From Octopus vulgaris (lineage: Eukaryota), in the NCBI GenBank assembly GCA_951406725.2, contig OX597823.1:1860001-1924000 (forward strand): a DNA stretch of 64,000 nt, written 5' to 3'. A model generated the notes under the pieces. That model was given only the letters and a program-made list of their open reading frames with translations, made no database searches and was not told the origin of the DNA. Shown here piece after piece: positions 25,279 to 38,728 of this stretch (position 1 is its first letter; each line of letters begins with the position of its first letter). Made by a program: the position numbers and the translations under genes.

Positions 25279-26844
25279 ACGTATTCTATAAGAGATTAGT
25301 GAGAAATGATGCAAGTAACGATGACCAGAAAGGGATTCTCGATGTTGGCGACAATCTTTTCAGCCCCTTCTAGGGGACTTTCAGACCAAGGACATTGACA
25401 ATTTTCAAAAATCTTTAGCCCGCCAATGCTACTAGTGGGGAGATCTCTGATTCGGGACAAACTCTACTGGCAGGAATGTATAATCAGTTGGTTCTGTCCC
25501 AAGTAAAAACCACCTTGCACGCCCGCGTTCAGTGTCCATTCAATGTTTCCTAACGTACTTGTGTCAAACAGCTGCTATTGCATGGTGCAGGACGGCTCTG
25601 GCTATCAGCCGACTCTAGATCAAGCCACAAAGTCCATTTCGAAAGAGAAGCAAGCCTTCCTCTGCCCGATGGTTCTTTGGAAGTGTGTTGGGTGTTTGTT
25701 GAATGTTTGCGGACGACTTTTGCCATCTCAACTTTTTCGGGTTCCACCATGGAGATGGAAATATTTCCCTTCAATGTACGAAGGTGGATGAGAGCAACAA
25801 CACCGACGGCGTTGAATTGGTCCACTCTGAGTTTGGAACTCTAAACAAGCAGCAATAAACACTTTTAAGCATCGGAATCATCCAGAGTTTTGTGTGGAGT
25901 AACTCTGAAAACCTGTTCTTACAAATATTTCATTGTTACTTTTTTTCCCTTAATTCCACCTCTTTTCATCTCGATGTCAACTGCCCCTCCACCCTGTTTC
26001 TACTTCACTCTTGAATCCGTTCATTCTTTATATATTCTGGTAGATTCAAATGGAATATCTGATTGCTGTTGTTTTTCGTCATCGGAGAATATCTCCTTCC
26101 TTTAGATGATGTGTGCTTACAACGCACTCGATTCACCGCTGTAAGAGGACTTTAAGACACTGCAACGTTTCGACCAAATTGTGTGTCACCTTTGTTTGCT
26201 GGTTTCTATAAACAAGAGATCGTGTTCTGGTTGAATCAATCCGAGGGTGGGTGGTTTTAATTGAAGAGACGCACATCCCGTTTCACCGGTGAATCGCGTG
26301 TTACGAACACACATCGTCCAAAAAATGGAGAGGAGAGAATCTCCGATCACATGAGAGAAGAGCCAATAAGATATTCCCGTTTGAATCTGCGAGGATGTAT
26401 TAAGAATGAATAAATACATTATTGTTAAAGTGTTACGTTTATAAATTTGTAGAATATTTGGGGAAATTGATGCTATTTTGTATATCTTTGATGAAATAAT
26501 ACATTTTTGTCAATAAAACATGAGCAATTTCATTGCTTATGTATTTCAATGACTCCATTCTTTAGACATTAAACCACGATATCTGCCAAAACAAAGCGAA
26601 ATGAGAAAAGCAGGGTTTCGGAGAAAGGCCCCCAAGTAATTACTGGCTTTTCAGTATTTGAAAGTCTTTCAGTGAATTTTATCACAAATAAACAACAGCA
26701 GATTCACAGAATGTTAAAACCATGTTTGTTAGTTTCGTCTATTTTATTGTTATTTTATAAATTAAAGAAATTGATGAGTGCATTGGGAGGAATGCCGGCT
26801 TTTGTCAATATTTATAAATAATTCAGTAAAATAAATCGCCGTGT

Positions 26845-26965
26845 GTATACACACATACATACATACACACAGACACATACATACACACACACACACAAAC
26901 TTACATACATACACATACATACATACATACATACATACATACATACACACACACACAAACTTGAT

Positions 26966-26996
<31 letters not shown>

Positions 26997-27179
26997 TACA
27001 CACAAACTTACATACATACATACATTCATACATACATACATACATACACACACATACATACATACATACATACATACATACATACATACACGCACATACA
27101 TACATACACACAAATTTACATACACACACACATACATACATACATACATACACACACACATACATACATACACACAAAC

Positions 27180-27210
<31 letters not shown>

Positions 27211-27324
27211 CATACATACATACATACATACATACATACATACATACATACATACATACATACATACATACATACATACATACATACATACATACATACA
27301 CACAAACTTACATACATACATACA
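26845..27324. repeat. (TACA)n microsatellite with recurring CACAAACTTA unit
   Basis: Directly visible. Contiguous with the RTE 3' end. Confidence 0.95.
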
Positions 27325-30300
27325 TGATGGCCGTCCACTCGTGACCGCGGAAGACCATTGCCGACCTTCAGGAGCATTCTGCGCTCTAGGACTAACTTAT
27401 ATTTTGCATTTGCGGCTCCGTTATTGGCTAAAGGGTTTTGCTCTTGATAAGCATTCACGACTGCAAACATTGCAGACCAACTTTCCCCAATCACTACACC
27501 AGCAGTGTGCTTTCAAGCAGTGTGCTTTCAAGCAGTGTGCTTTCAAGCAGCATGTTTAAGTTCTTCATGCTGCATAATGTGCTCTCTCAAAAGGGTCGAC
27601 CCCCTCCTTAACCTGCTTCCTCCATCTGTGACAATGACGGGCATTGTTCTCCCAGTCAGTCTGGCATATTACGGGCCTTTAATGAGGACTTCACACAGTT
27701 CTTACATTGCAGCCTTGGTTTCTGCCAGAGTCTCTTTCCATTCACAAGTTCCCCATATAGCATATGTTTAGGGATCCTACTATCCTTCATTCTAATAAGA
27801 TGCCCAGTCCAACGTAACCGGTGCTTGTGCACCATCGCCTCAATACTCAAGGTATCAGCTTTCCTCAGGACATGTGTGTCTGGAGATTTCAAGGTCCAGC
27901 CAACATTCAGAATGTATCTCAGACATCTCAGATGAAAGCGTTCAAGGACCCTTACGTGACGTTTGTAAAGGGTTCATGTCTCATGAGTCAAGGAGCGATG
28001 TCTGTAAACATGCACGGTACACAGCAATTTTTGTTTGCCTTGTGATGCCATGCTGGGACCAGACACGAGACTCAAGAGACCGGAAGAAATCAGTTTCTCT
28101 CTGCAGCCTGAAAATTATTTCCTCATCCAGGGAGCAAGAACGACTGAGTGTGCTGCCCAGATAGACAAACTTGTCTACCACTTTCAGAATTGTTCCTTCA
28201 ACCAAAATAGCTGGTTCCACATATGGATTTCCTGGTGCAGGCTGGAACATTACAACAGTCTTGTCCAGGCTGATGCTGAGTCCAAATGCCTTGCAAGAAG
28301 CAGAAACACGATTTATAAGTATTTGCATGTCATCCACTGTATGAGTGACTAAGTCACAGTCGTCTGCATAAAGGAAGTCATGAAAAAGAAACTGAAAAAA
28401 ACTTTTGAATTGGCAGCAAATCGGCGAAGATTAAAGAGGTGGCCAGAAGAACGATATCTGACATATATTCCCAGAGAGCTAACCTTAGCAAAAGCATGAG
28501 TAAAGGCAACAGCAAAGGGCAAAGAAAAAATAGCTGGGGCAAGGGTGTCACCCTGCTTGACACCATTCTCTACAGGAATGGGTCCCGCCATGATCCCATC
28601 ATGAAAGGATTTATTTATAGATACAAAGTGATCTGGACATCCAAGTTTGCCAAGTATTTTCCATAGCAAGGTTCTTTCACAGCATCAAAGGCCTTGGTTA
28701 AATCAATGAATACCTGGACAAGATCCATATTCTGCTCATAGCACTTCTCCTGCATCTGTCTTGCTGTGAAAACCATATCCATTGTCCCTCTACCAGATCG
28801 GAAGCCACATTGAGATTCAGATAGGACATCATTTACGAGACACCCATTCAGACGGGTAAGAAGAATATTTGCCAGAACCTTGCCAGCAGCTGATAGTAGA
28901 GCAATACCTCTGTAGTTACCACACATTGTTCTGGCTCCATTTCCTTTATAAAGACGGAGAATAATTGCATCCTTCCAGTGCTTAGACATTGCACCATCCC
29001 TCCAGACTGCACTAATAAGTTCATGAAGGGACTGTATGATGTAATCACCACCAAATCGCAAGACCTCAGCACAAATTCCATCCTTTCCTGGTGCCCTACC
29101 AAGATTCAGTTTACTTATTGCTATCATTACCTCATCTATTGAGGGCGTGGAATTTAAGGAGCCAATGATAAGGTCTTTGTTGCATAGTATCAATCACTAT
29201 TTCATCCACAACTGACTCATGGTTCAGGAGTTCAGAGAAGTGGTCAATCCAGCGACATGTGATTTCTGTTGATTTAGTAAATAGAGCAGAAGACTCCTTG
29301 CAAAGCAAAGGAGCTGATGTGGAGCTCTTAGGTCCATAAACTTGCTTCTTGCTGTCATTTGCATCAGCAACAGCATGAACATCACGAGCAAGATCCTCCC
29401 ACCAAGTGTCCTGTATCTTCCTGAGAGATCACTGCAGTAGTGATTTTACACTGCTATAGTGGGCAAGTGCTAGATTTCGCTGCACAGCTGAAAGTCCTCA
29501 TTGTGGGCATGGCGCTTTACAAGCAATAGAAGCTGAATTTTAGCATCATTTTTATCAAACCTGTCTCTGTGTCTGGCAGTAGCATGTCCCAGTGTCTCAG
29601 CAGCACATTGAAGAACCTGGTCTCGAAAATCTTCCCATACTGGACAAGCGAGTCTGAAGCCCTTTCCTCAACACAGCATCATATATCTTGTGGACATTCG
29701 GACGCCGGGAAAAGCCAACTGGCTCTCTTTCTCTCTTTCACTCTAAATCATCATCCGGAACTTTGCTCGCACCAGACTGTGGTCTGTCTACCATTCCGAT
29801 CCATGAAAGGACTTGACATTACAAATGTTATAAATGTCACACCTTGGATGCATCCACATTGTTGCGTGATCACCTTTGTGCATAAAATTAGTGCTTTAGA
29901 TGTAAAGTCCATGTTCATCGCAAAGCTCCAGCAGCATGAGACCATTGCTGTTCGTTTTCCCTACTCCAAATCGTCCTAGAGAGTTCCATGTTTGCCAGTC
30001 TGTTCCAACCCTGGCATTAAAATCCACCAGTAGAATGACTTTATCAGAATCGGGGATTTTCCTAAGTATGGCTCTCAGCTGGGTACGAAAAATAGTTTTA
30101 TCTTCATCACAACTAGTCAACGTAGGTGTATAGGCACTGATTAGAGTAGAAAACCGTCCACCTTTCAGGTGCAGTCATAGAGTCATTAAACGTTCATTTA
30201 TAGGAACAGGAAGCTCCTCCAACTTCTTAAGGATTTCAGATCGAACTGCAAAGCCAACACCAGCCTCTCTGTGCTCCCCCTTCTGCCTCCCCTTCCAAAA

Positions 30301-31050
30301 AAAGGTGTATCCACCTCCTACTTCCTCAAGCTGACCATCACCTTCTGTACGAGTCTCTGAAAGTGCAGCTATATCAATGTTATAATGGTTCAGCTTGCGA
30401 AGTGCAGTGCATCTTTGAGGCCTACAATCACTCTTGTTATCCAACAGAGTGCGCACATTCTAACATGAAATGTTCAAGTTCCATCTAGATTTTGTAAATA
30501 AAAGTCTCTTTGTTTTTCGAGCGCAGGGTAGACATCCGTCAGTTGCGCTTAACTGACTAATTTTTGGTTCACCTTTTCTAGAACCTCCCCGGCCTCCAGG
30601 TGAACTGCTCAGATACTCTTTATAATCATTATAATCATTATTATTATTCTTTTCTTTTTATCACAGGTTTTGTTGGAATCCCTGGAGTCTTGCATGCGTA
30701 GCGGGTTTACTACCTGCAGCCTCGTTCTTTTCAGCTACCAAATACTTTCCTGATTATTCTGGCCGAGCCAAGCAGGGAAACCTTTTCTAACAGTTCTACT
30801 CGACACTCTATTCCAATTTCCTCTATATTCCTCCTGGGGCCTTCTGATACTGCCTCCAAGGACCCAACAAAAATTGGCACTATCTTCACCTTCTTCATTT
30901 TCCATAGCTGACGGAGAACCAGTTAGGGCCGAGTGCACTGATTCGCTCAGAAGGGCCTAGAACATCGATTCATTGAGAATCAGTTCGTTTCCGATCAGTT
31001 GTTTCCGGCGGTTATTCACAGTGAAATCTCTTCTGACCGGGGACAGGAAG
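27325..31050 (-). mobile_element. Near full-length, inactivated RTE LINE (5' UTR, APE endonuclease, RT, 3' finger and tail)
   Basis: NVRTLLD..DIAALSETR..GVGFAV, DFNARVG, NYRGIALLS..SQCGFRSGRGTMDM..FIDLTKAFD, GVKQGDTLAP, YADDC, RLRWTGHLIRM..LYGEL. Many stops and frameshifts; 5' boundary approximate. Confidence 0.92.
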
Positions 31051-31159
31051 CGCTACAAAGATGGAGATGATGTGTTGGTTATGGAAGTGGAAGTGTTTGA
31101 TGGAGGCTCAAAATCAATGGTGATTGGGGGATGGCGGTGGGAGCTTGAAATGGTGCTTT

Positions 31160-31370
31160 CTTGTTTGGGCACAAGGCCTGCAATTTTGAGGTGTGAGGAA
31201 GTGGATTACATCGATATCCAGTGCTCAACTGGTACTTATTTTATCGATCCCGATTGGATGAAAGGCAAAGTCGACCTCAGTGGGAGAATTTGAACTCAGA
31301 ACGTAAAGGCAGACGACACACCGCTATGCATTTTGTCCGCTGGACAAGAGATTCTTTCAAATCGTCGGCT
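31160..31370 (-). mobile_element. SINE family A
   Basis: Core motif in reverse. Further copies at about 33720-33880 and 46380-46560. Confidence 0.8.
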
Positions 31371-33615
31371 TGGAAGAGTTCGTAATGGTGCTAATAGCAA
31401 AGTTTGGTAAACGGCGTTAGAAACTGTGTAACAAATATCTGGTGGCAAAGTTGTTTAAATACTGGCGAAACGGCAGGAAAATTTGATGTTTTGAGGCAAG
31501 AATTTAGAAACCAAACTCCATGGCAGCAAATTTTTGAGGTTTAAGGAATGAATCGAAAAAAAAGATAATCGCAAATCAAGTAAATGTGTCCGTTAAAATA
31601 CAAGGGAAGCAACTTGGTTGTTTTTAACTTTGCAAAGACAATCAGTGTAAGGGAGATAACCGATGTGAAATGGTGATGGGAGCCTTAAGAGGCAGACCAG
31701 AGCTGTTTGGATTAGAACTGCATATTTTTCAATCATGATGACAGCTTTTTGTCCTCTGAATAGATCAGACATTGTTTTTTTTTTAACTTGGTTTTAATTT
31801 ACACTTGAAACATTTCTGTCTTCGTCAATGTTTAGTCTTGTGAATGTCTTTCCTGTTACAGTCGACTGTTTCTTTATGCCAGTGGCCAGGTTTCTTTGTT
31901 ACTGTAAACTCTGATATTTGCTACAAAAACTGTGGAGACTACTTTGGGATTGTTTGAGTTTTCTTAGAAATAATTTATTCTTGTGAAGAGCTGTTGGAAA
32001 TAACACTTAAAACAGGATAGTATCAAGATTAATGTCACAAATGTTGACTGACTTCATAGAAGAACATACTGACTCTGTAACGATTAGCTCTATGTACAAG
32101 CACTTACAATGGTAGATGGGTCCTGGAAAATCCCGTTTTATTCTATGTCCAACAAGCAACAACTATGAGATTTCTAGACAGTTGAGGTTTTAGTTTTCTC
32201 TTGGCCAAGCTGTTGTCTATGATCAAGCAAAAGGTAGAAGACAGGTGGAATACTGCCAGGTACTCTGGTCTTTTACTCTCTTAAATTTACATGATGTCAG
32301 AGATTATCTGTTAGAGAGATTTGGAGGAGTATTTGGTAATTCCTAGCTATCTTAGCTGGCCATTGCTTGTATCAATGTCCAGTTAAATTGGAACCAGCCT
32401 TATAAATATGGAACCTCAGATAAACAGGTATGGTTCTTGATATAATAGGAATCACAGAACTATTTTTTGTGATTTATTTTAATGCCTTACCTTTTGCTGT
32501 CTCCAGTGTTATGCCAAAGTTCTGCAAATACATCAGATACCAAATATAAAAGATTTATTTGAGCAACTTAAAGTAATCCAACCATTTCAGATAAAAGCCA
32601 GCTAAATTCAGTTAGGAATTAAAAGTAAGCTGAGGGAAGTCACCTTCTCATTAAAAAATGTGTCTTATTTTATTTTTAATCATATTCACTTTTTAATTGT
32701 TTCAAAAGTAATTTCTTTTTATTTTCATAAATTGTGTAAACATTAATTTCGAAATTGGGTTTGTGTGAAAGGAAAATTTTATTTCCAATATTTACATTGT
32801 GATTTTGTGTCAGCCTAAAGTTTTGCTCTTCTTTCAGTTTACAAGTTCAGACTTTTCCAGCACTTTCGGTAGGTGTCTTCTACTATAGCCTTGGGCCGAC
32901 CAAAGCCTTGTGAGTGGAACTGGTAGATGGAAACCGGAAGAAGCCCATCATAGATATATGTATATCTATGTGCATGTGTGTTTGTCCCCACCACCATCAC
33001 CACTTGTCAAACCAGTATTGGTGTGTTTATATCCCCATAACCTAGCAGTTCAGCAAAAGAGTCTGATAGAATAAATGCCAGGCTTTAAAAAAAAAAAGGG
33101 TAAGTCCTGAGGTCAATTTCTTCAAACCCTTCAAGGCAATGTTCCAGCATGGCCACAGTCAATAACTGAAGCAACTAAAAGAAAAAAATCATTTCTTTAA
33201 ACATTTTATGGAATGATTTTAATAGTCTGTTCTTGGGGCTAAATAATAGTAACATTCTTCCCTTTCCTGGGACTGCCTCATTAAATTGGCCACAATTTAT
33301 TATTGTACTGTTACTTGCATAACTCTCTCTCTCTCTCTCTCTGAGACATTCAGAAATGTAATATTTCTATTTTTGTAGATCAGTGAATGGTTTTCACTTG
33401 TATCTCAATTTTAATATTGTTTTAGTTTATGAAGTTAATGACTAATAAAGCTGGTAGCATCATTATGTACAAATTATCTAAATGTATTTAGTTACAGCAG
33501 CCCATTAGATTAGTTCAAAGATCAACTTTGACCTTTGACCTTTCTGCAGCTGATCTATACAACTATATTCCTCTTAAACAGTTTTATGTCTAAATTAGAA
33601 ATAGTAATAATGATA

Positions 33616-33648
<33 letters not shown>

Positions 33649-33688
33649 GTGGTGGTAGTGGTGGTAGTGGTGGTGATGGTGATGGTGG

Positions 33689-33719
<31 letters not shown>

Positions 33720-34339
33720 TGGCACAAGGCCACCAATTTCGGTGGGGGAGGGGTTGATTACATTAACCCCAGTGCTTTTACTGACCCCAAAAGGGTGAAG
33801 GGCAAAGTCAAACTTGGTGGTATCGGAACTCAGAACATAAGCATTTTGTGCATCCTTGCTAACCATTCTGCCAGTTCTGCATCTCATTTAGTGCAGTAAA
33901 AACAGCAACAAAAGGATTCCTTGTTTCCGTAGAGAACCACAAAATTTGGGAAGAAATACCCTCTCCAGGGTCGTTTTCATCTTTGCAAGTAACAGTCATA
34001 TTGGGGGTGGGGGGCAATTTCATTAACCAAATCCTTCGCCTACAAAATAGGTGAGTTTGTGCCAATATGAAGCATTTCTTGTTTCCAATCGTTGACTAGT
34101 GGTGGGTTGGTCCAGTGTAGTTTTTGAAGCTGGGTTATAGAAATATTCATCTTGATTGCAACTGAGACAACAGAAGAAGATGGGAATGTGAAGAGAGAAG
34201 AAAAAGGCAAAGAATAAGAGTAAAGGGAAAAAGAAAAGAAAGAAGAGGAGGGCAAAGAAAAAAGTATAAAAAGATAAAAACAAAGAAAATTTAGATATAA
34301 AAGAAAGGCTGTCGAGATTCTCCAAGACTTTGCAGCAGA

Positions 34340-34610
34340 TTTCAATTGAGTAAGATTTATGAAGGTTTTATGGAATTGAATAAATATAAAACAGCTCTGC
34401 CGAGCAAAGATGCACCAACAGAGGTTCCACGTCCTGCAAACAGAACAAAATTGCAGGGAAAACAAAGAAAATGTGAACTACACAAGTCTAAAACCAATTC
34501 CTTGACCTCAATGCCAACTGACCACCAATACCAAACTCTGCAGCAGAGCCTCCTTCTGAGCACACATCAGATTGGTTGACCACAACTGGACACACTGTGC
34601 TCTGTCCTGC
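34340..34610 (+). mobile_element. Decayed RTE 3' fragment homologous to 505-760
   Basis: SKDAPTEVPRPANRTKLQGKQRKCELHKSK resembles DKAAPTEAPPPTNRIGSQEHNGLHKPR. Confidence 0.65.
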
Positions 34611-34679
34611 CCCCATGGAATATCCTTTAACCACTGACAATGATGGACAAGCTAATAAATAATAATTTGGTTGAAAACA

Positions 34680-35297
34680 ACCTGTTCTCCAGCTCTCCAG
34701 CCATCTATTTAAAGCTGTATACAGCTATGGTACAACCACACTTGGAATTCGCATCATCAGTTTGGAACCCCTATCTTGCTCAGAACATCGACCTCCTGGA
34801 ATCTGTTCAGAGACGGGCAACCAAACACATACCCTCCATCAGACACCTACCATACTCTGAGCGCCTTGTTTCCCTGAAGCTCTGGCGCCTGGCGATGGAC
34901 TTGGTAAACACTCACAAAGTTATCAACCACCTCACCAACAACAACACTGAACACCTTTTTGATCTCCATGTGTCCAACACACATGGACATGCCTACAAAG
35001 TCAGAAAACAGCACAGCTCCCATGACTTTCGGAAACATTTTTTCATGCTCAGAGTTGCTGAAGCATGGAACAAACTGCCTGCGTCAGTTGTTGACTGCCA
35101 TGACACTGCATCTTTTAAGGCCCTCATGCTTTCCGAAATCCGCTGAAACTACACCAGATTGTCCCCCTTCCATACTCATACACATATGTGTATGTCATGA
35201 CCCATGCACTGTTCTTTACCTGACGCTTGTACATTACCCTATGTACTATACATACACTTTAGATGAGTTGTAGTGCACCTGAGCACTGTACACAATG

Positions 35298-35328
<31 letters not shown>

Positions 35329-35330
35329 TC
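34680..35330 (+). mobile_element. CR1-clade LINE 3' end with (ATT)n tail
   Basis: LYTAMVQPHLEFASSVWNPY..LESVQRRATK..YSERL..RKHFF.LRVAEAWNKLP. Confidence 0.9.
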
Positions 35331-35530
35331 TGTGGATGATAATTTAGTTCTGCTTCCTAGAGATACTGAAGAATTTAGGGCCGAGTTTTGAAGTTTTGTT
35401 CATTTGGATGCTGCTAAAAATAACAAGTTTTAAGTTGTGATCACACCTTAATAAGGGATTTGGGTATTATCAGAGGAAAAACTGACTGTGATAATCTTCA
35501 CAGCCAGTTGATGGTTTAGAAGCTTTTTAA

Positions 35531-35762
35531 GGCGGCGAGCTGGCAGAATCGTTAGCACGCTGGGCGAAATGCATAGCCATATTTTGTCTGCTGTTACGTT
35601 CTGAGTTCAAATTCTGCCGAGGTCGACTTTGCCTTTCATCCTTTTGGGGTCGATTAAATAAGTACCAGTTACACACTGGGGTTGATCTAATCGACTTAAT
35701 CCATTTGTCTATCCTTGTTTGTCTCTTCTGTGTTTAGCCCCTTTTGGGTAGTAAAGAAACAA
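35531..35762 (+). mobile_element. Full-length SINE family A with target-site duplication
   Basis: tRNA-like head GGCGGCGAGCTGGCAGAATCG. GTTTAGAAGCTTTT flanks both sides. Confidence 0.9.
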
Positions 35763-36691
35763 GTTTAGAAGCTTTTCATCATCTCTCACTTCTCCTTTTC
35801 TGCCTGCCATTGTCATTTACCAATGTAATCAATAATCAATAACTCTCACCCAAATTGCTTTCAATGCTACCTGATTGTAATCAAAAGAGGTTTTAACTGG
35901 ATTTCCGTCAATTATGATGACAAGGAGTGTTCCAGTTGATCCAATCAACAGAACAGCCTGCTCATGAAATTAATATGCAAGTGGCTGAGTACTCCACAGA
36001 CACACATACCCTTAACATAGTTCTCAGGAAGATTCAGTGACACAGAATGTGACGAGGCTGGCCCCTTTGAAATAAAGGGACAACTCGTTTTTGCCAGCTG
36101 AGTGGACAGGAGCAATAAAGTGAAATAAAGGACACAACACACACCTCGTTATCAAACTTAGGGACATTATAATCAACATCGTTTAACATCCGCTTTCCAT
36201 GCTAGCATGGGTCATGAATTGAATACCCTAACCACTTAGTCATGGCCCCTTCACAGGTATTTATGGCGGGGCAATCTTTGAAAAATACAAAATCAGTTGC
36301 TTGAAAAGTAGGAGAAAACCAGACAAACATATCAAACCCACCTCTACACAGATTGTGTGTGTGTGTGTGTGTGTGTGTGGCTGCAAGCATGGCCATGCAC
36401 TAAAATGTTTCCTTCCCAGCCCCCATCGTTTTCCCTCCAGTTCCATTGCATGTCATCCAGGGGCCAAAATGTCTTCCAACCAAAGCCTTCTCAGTGGATT
36501 TGGTAAACACAAACTGAAAGAAGCCCAGTTCTATATTTAAGAAATGAGGAATTATGTACATTATTTACATTATTTACATTTGACGGATATTTGCCATCTT
36601 GTTTGTTGTTAGCACAACATTTAGGCTTCTTCAGGTGTCTTGGGGAAATTATAAACCTGGGTTCTCATTCCTGAGGTATTTTTCGATGTTG

Positions 36692-36730
<39 letters not shown>

Positions 36731-37164
36731 TCACAGCCTGGGATCGAACTCGGAATCTTGGGGTTAGTAGCCCACGCTCTTAACCACTATGCCATATATC
36801 TATCAAATGTAAATAATAAAAAAAGCCCATCATATATGTGTGCATCTTTGTGTGTGTGTGTTAGTGTTTCCCTGCAGTGACATCTCATTATAGTCGTAAA
36901 GGAGCATCACTGTCATATAAGTGGTGATGTTTCATTTCCTATAATTCCATGGAAACATGACCATCCCTGGGGAAATATTCCGTTGCTGGGAAACAGCTGA
37001 GGGTTGGTGACAGCAAAGACATCCAGCTGTAGAAAATCTGCCACAGTAAGGTTTCCATCCAACCCATGCAAGCATGGAAAAGTGGATGTTAATCCTTGAG
37101 CGTTCAGATTCCTCTGTCGAATGCTCATTGATTCTCATTGAGATGAATCAGTCATGTATCACAT

Positions 37165-37515
37165 TGTTCATCGTTTAACATCCGCTTTCCATGCTAGCAT
37201 GGGTTGGACAGGCTGCACCAGGCTCCAGTCTTGATCTGGCAGTGTTTCTACAGCTGGATGCCCTTCCTAAGGCCAACCACTCCAAGAGTGTAGTGGGTAC
37301 TTTTTATGTGCCAGCGGCACAGGGGCCAGTCAGACGGTACTGGCAACGACCTCACTCGAATCTTTTTACACATGCCACCAGCACAGGTGCCTTACTGGCA
37401 CCTGTGCCGGTGGCATGTGTAAGGCGGCGTTGGTAACGATCACGCTCGAATGGTGCCCTTTTATGTGCCACAGCATGGGGGCCAGTCAGGTGGTACTGGC
37501 AATGACCTCACTCGT
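37165..37515 (-). mobile_element. SINE family C with (GAT)n tail (copies about 42290-42465 minus; 56570-56765, 58030-58415 and 63590-63780 plus)
   Basis: Shared GGAGTGGTTGGCGTTAGGAAGGGCATCCAGCTGTAGAAAC..CCAACCCATGCTAGCATGGAAAGCGGACGTTAAACGATGAT. Confidence 0.85.
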
Positions 37516-37865
37516 GATTGCTTATTCTTAGAACCACATTGCAAGGCAGGTGTAAGTGGCCAGATCCGGCCAGTTTGGAGACAACACAGGAAAAATATTT
37601 TGGCCAAATACGGCCAATTTAAATGCTAAAAAGTTAAGGCAATAATGATGATGATGATGATGTGGGTGTCTTGTTAATGTATTTTGTAAGTCCTTCATTC
37701 ATTAAAAATACAATAATTTACTGACTTCACACAAAATCAATGATTAATTCAACTTCATTTCTTTAAGATTCATTAACAAACTCACACACAAAGACACAAA
37801 ATATTACAAAGACTGGATTCAATGAAGGTGGCCACATTTGGAGTCCAATACATGATGGGGGTTAA

Positions 37866-38728
37866 TCATATCAGATCATAGACGTTTGGTTGCAAAGAGG
37901 GACACGGGCTGAGAGACGGTAAACAACCCTCAATGTGTTCACGCATTAATAAGAAAGTACTTTCTTCCCAGTCAGCAGAACTGTGGCCGTCTGTGACAAA
38001 GCTGGAGTCCAACGGATACAACAAGTCTGCAGACAACTGCTGCTGTTGTTGGCTGCTGCTGTTACTGCTGCTGCTGGTGTTGTTGTTGTTGTTGTTGTTG
38101 TTGTTGTAGTTATATAGGCATTTCTTTAGAAACGGTAACTCATCCAAGTTGAATTGGGCAGCACTGAGTGCCGTGTTGTTATTGTTACTAGCTGTACTGT
38201 AGTTGCAAATAGTCCTTGAATCGGTATTACAAGTAGCAGCGGCAGCAGCAGCAGCAGCGGCGGCGGCTATGTTACCATTAAATAACAATGTGTTAAGAGG
38301 CTCCGTCAGTGCTGGGAGATCGGGTAAGGGTGGCGTCGGTGATATGCTGCTCTCCAGGGTTGCTGGTGGAACGAGATTATAAGAGGAGGCGGAGGAAGAT
38401 GAAGAGGTTGAGCAAGTGGATGAGGCAGATGAGCCTGTATAACAGGTGGACGATGACAAGGGCGACAGGGATGACGTAGATGAAGATAATGAAGAAGGGA
38501 AAGAAAGTGTTGTCGGGGTGGTGGTGTCGATGGATAAGGAGGTTAACGATCCACTGTGGTTGACACGAGATGATAACGAACTGGGCGAAGGAGCAGGGAC
38601 CGGGCTGTCACCTCCATCATCAGAGGCAAATAATAAGCTGACTCCATTCTGGGATTCTTCCGGAAGCTTCTCTGGGTCGTGCATTATCGAAGTTTTAATA
38701 CTAATCTGCCTGAAGGCCTTCAAGAAAC
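37866..38728 (-). CDS. Mondo/ChREBP-like bHLH-ZIP factor, terminal coding exon
   Basis: Acceptor TTTTTTTCCTCCACTGCAG, phase 1. FLKAFRQISIKTSIMHDPEKLPEE aligns with the MondoA/ChREBP C-terminus (LRQL..STSILTDP..LPEQ). Open to a TGA at 37866. Confidence 0.9.

Noticed and set aside
27503-27550. CAGTGTGCTTTCAAG repeated three times
   Set aside because: Local tandem duplication inside the RTE with no spacers; not CRISPR-like.
36605-36645. Minus-strand CTGAAGA in a dispersed repeat
   Set aside because: Stem II and GAAA are lost; at most a dead remnant.
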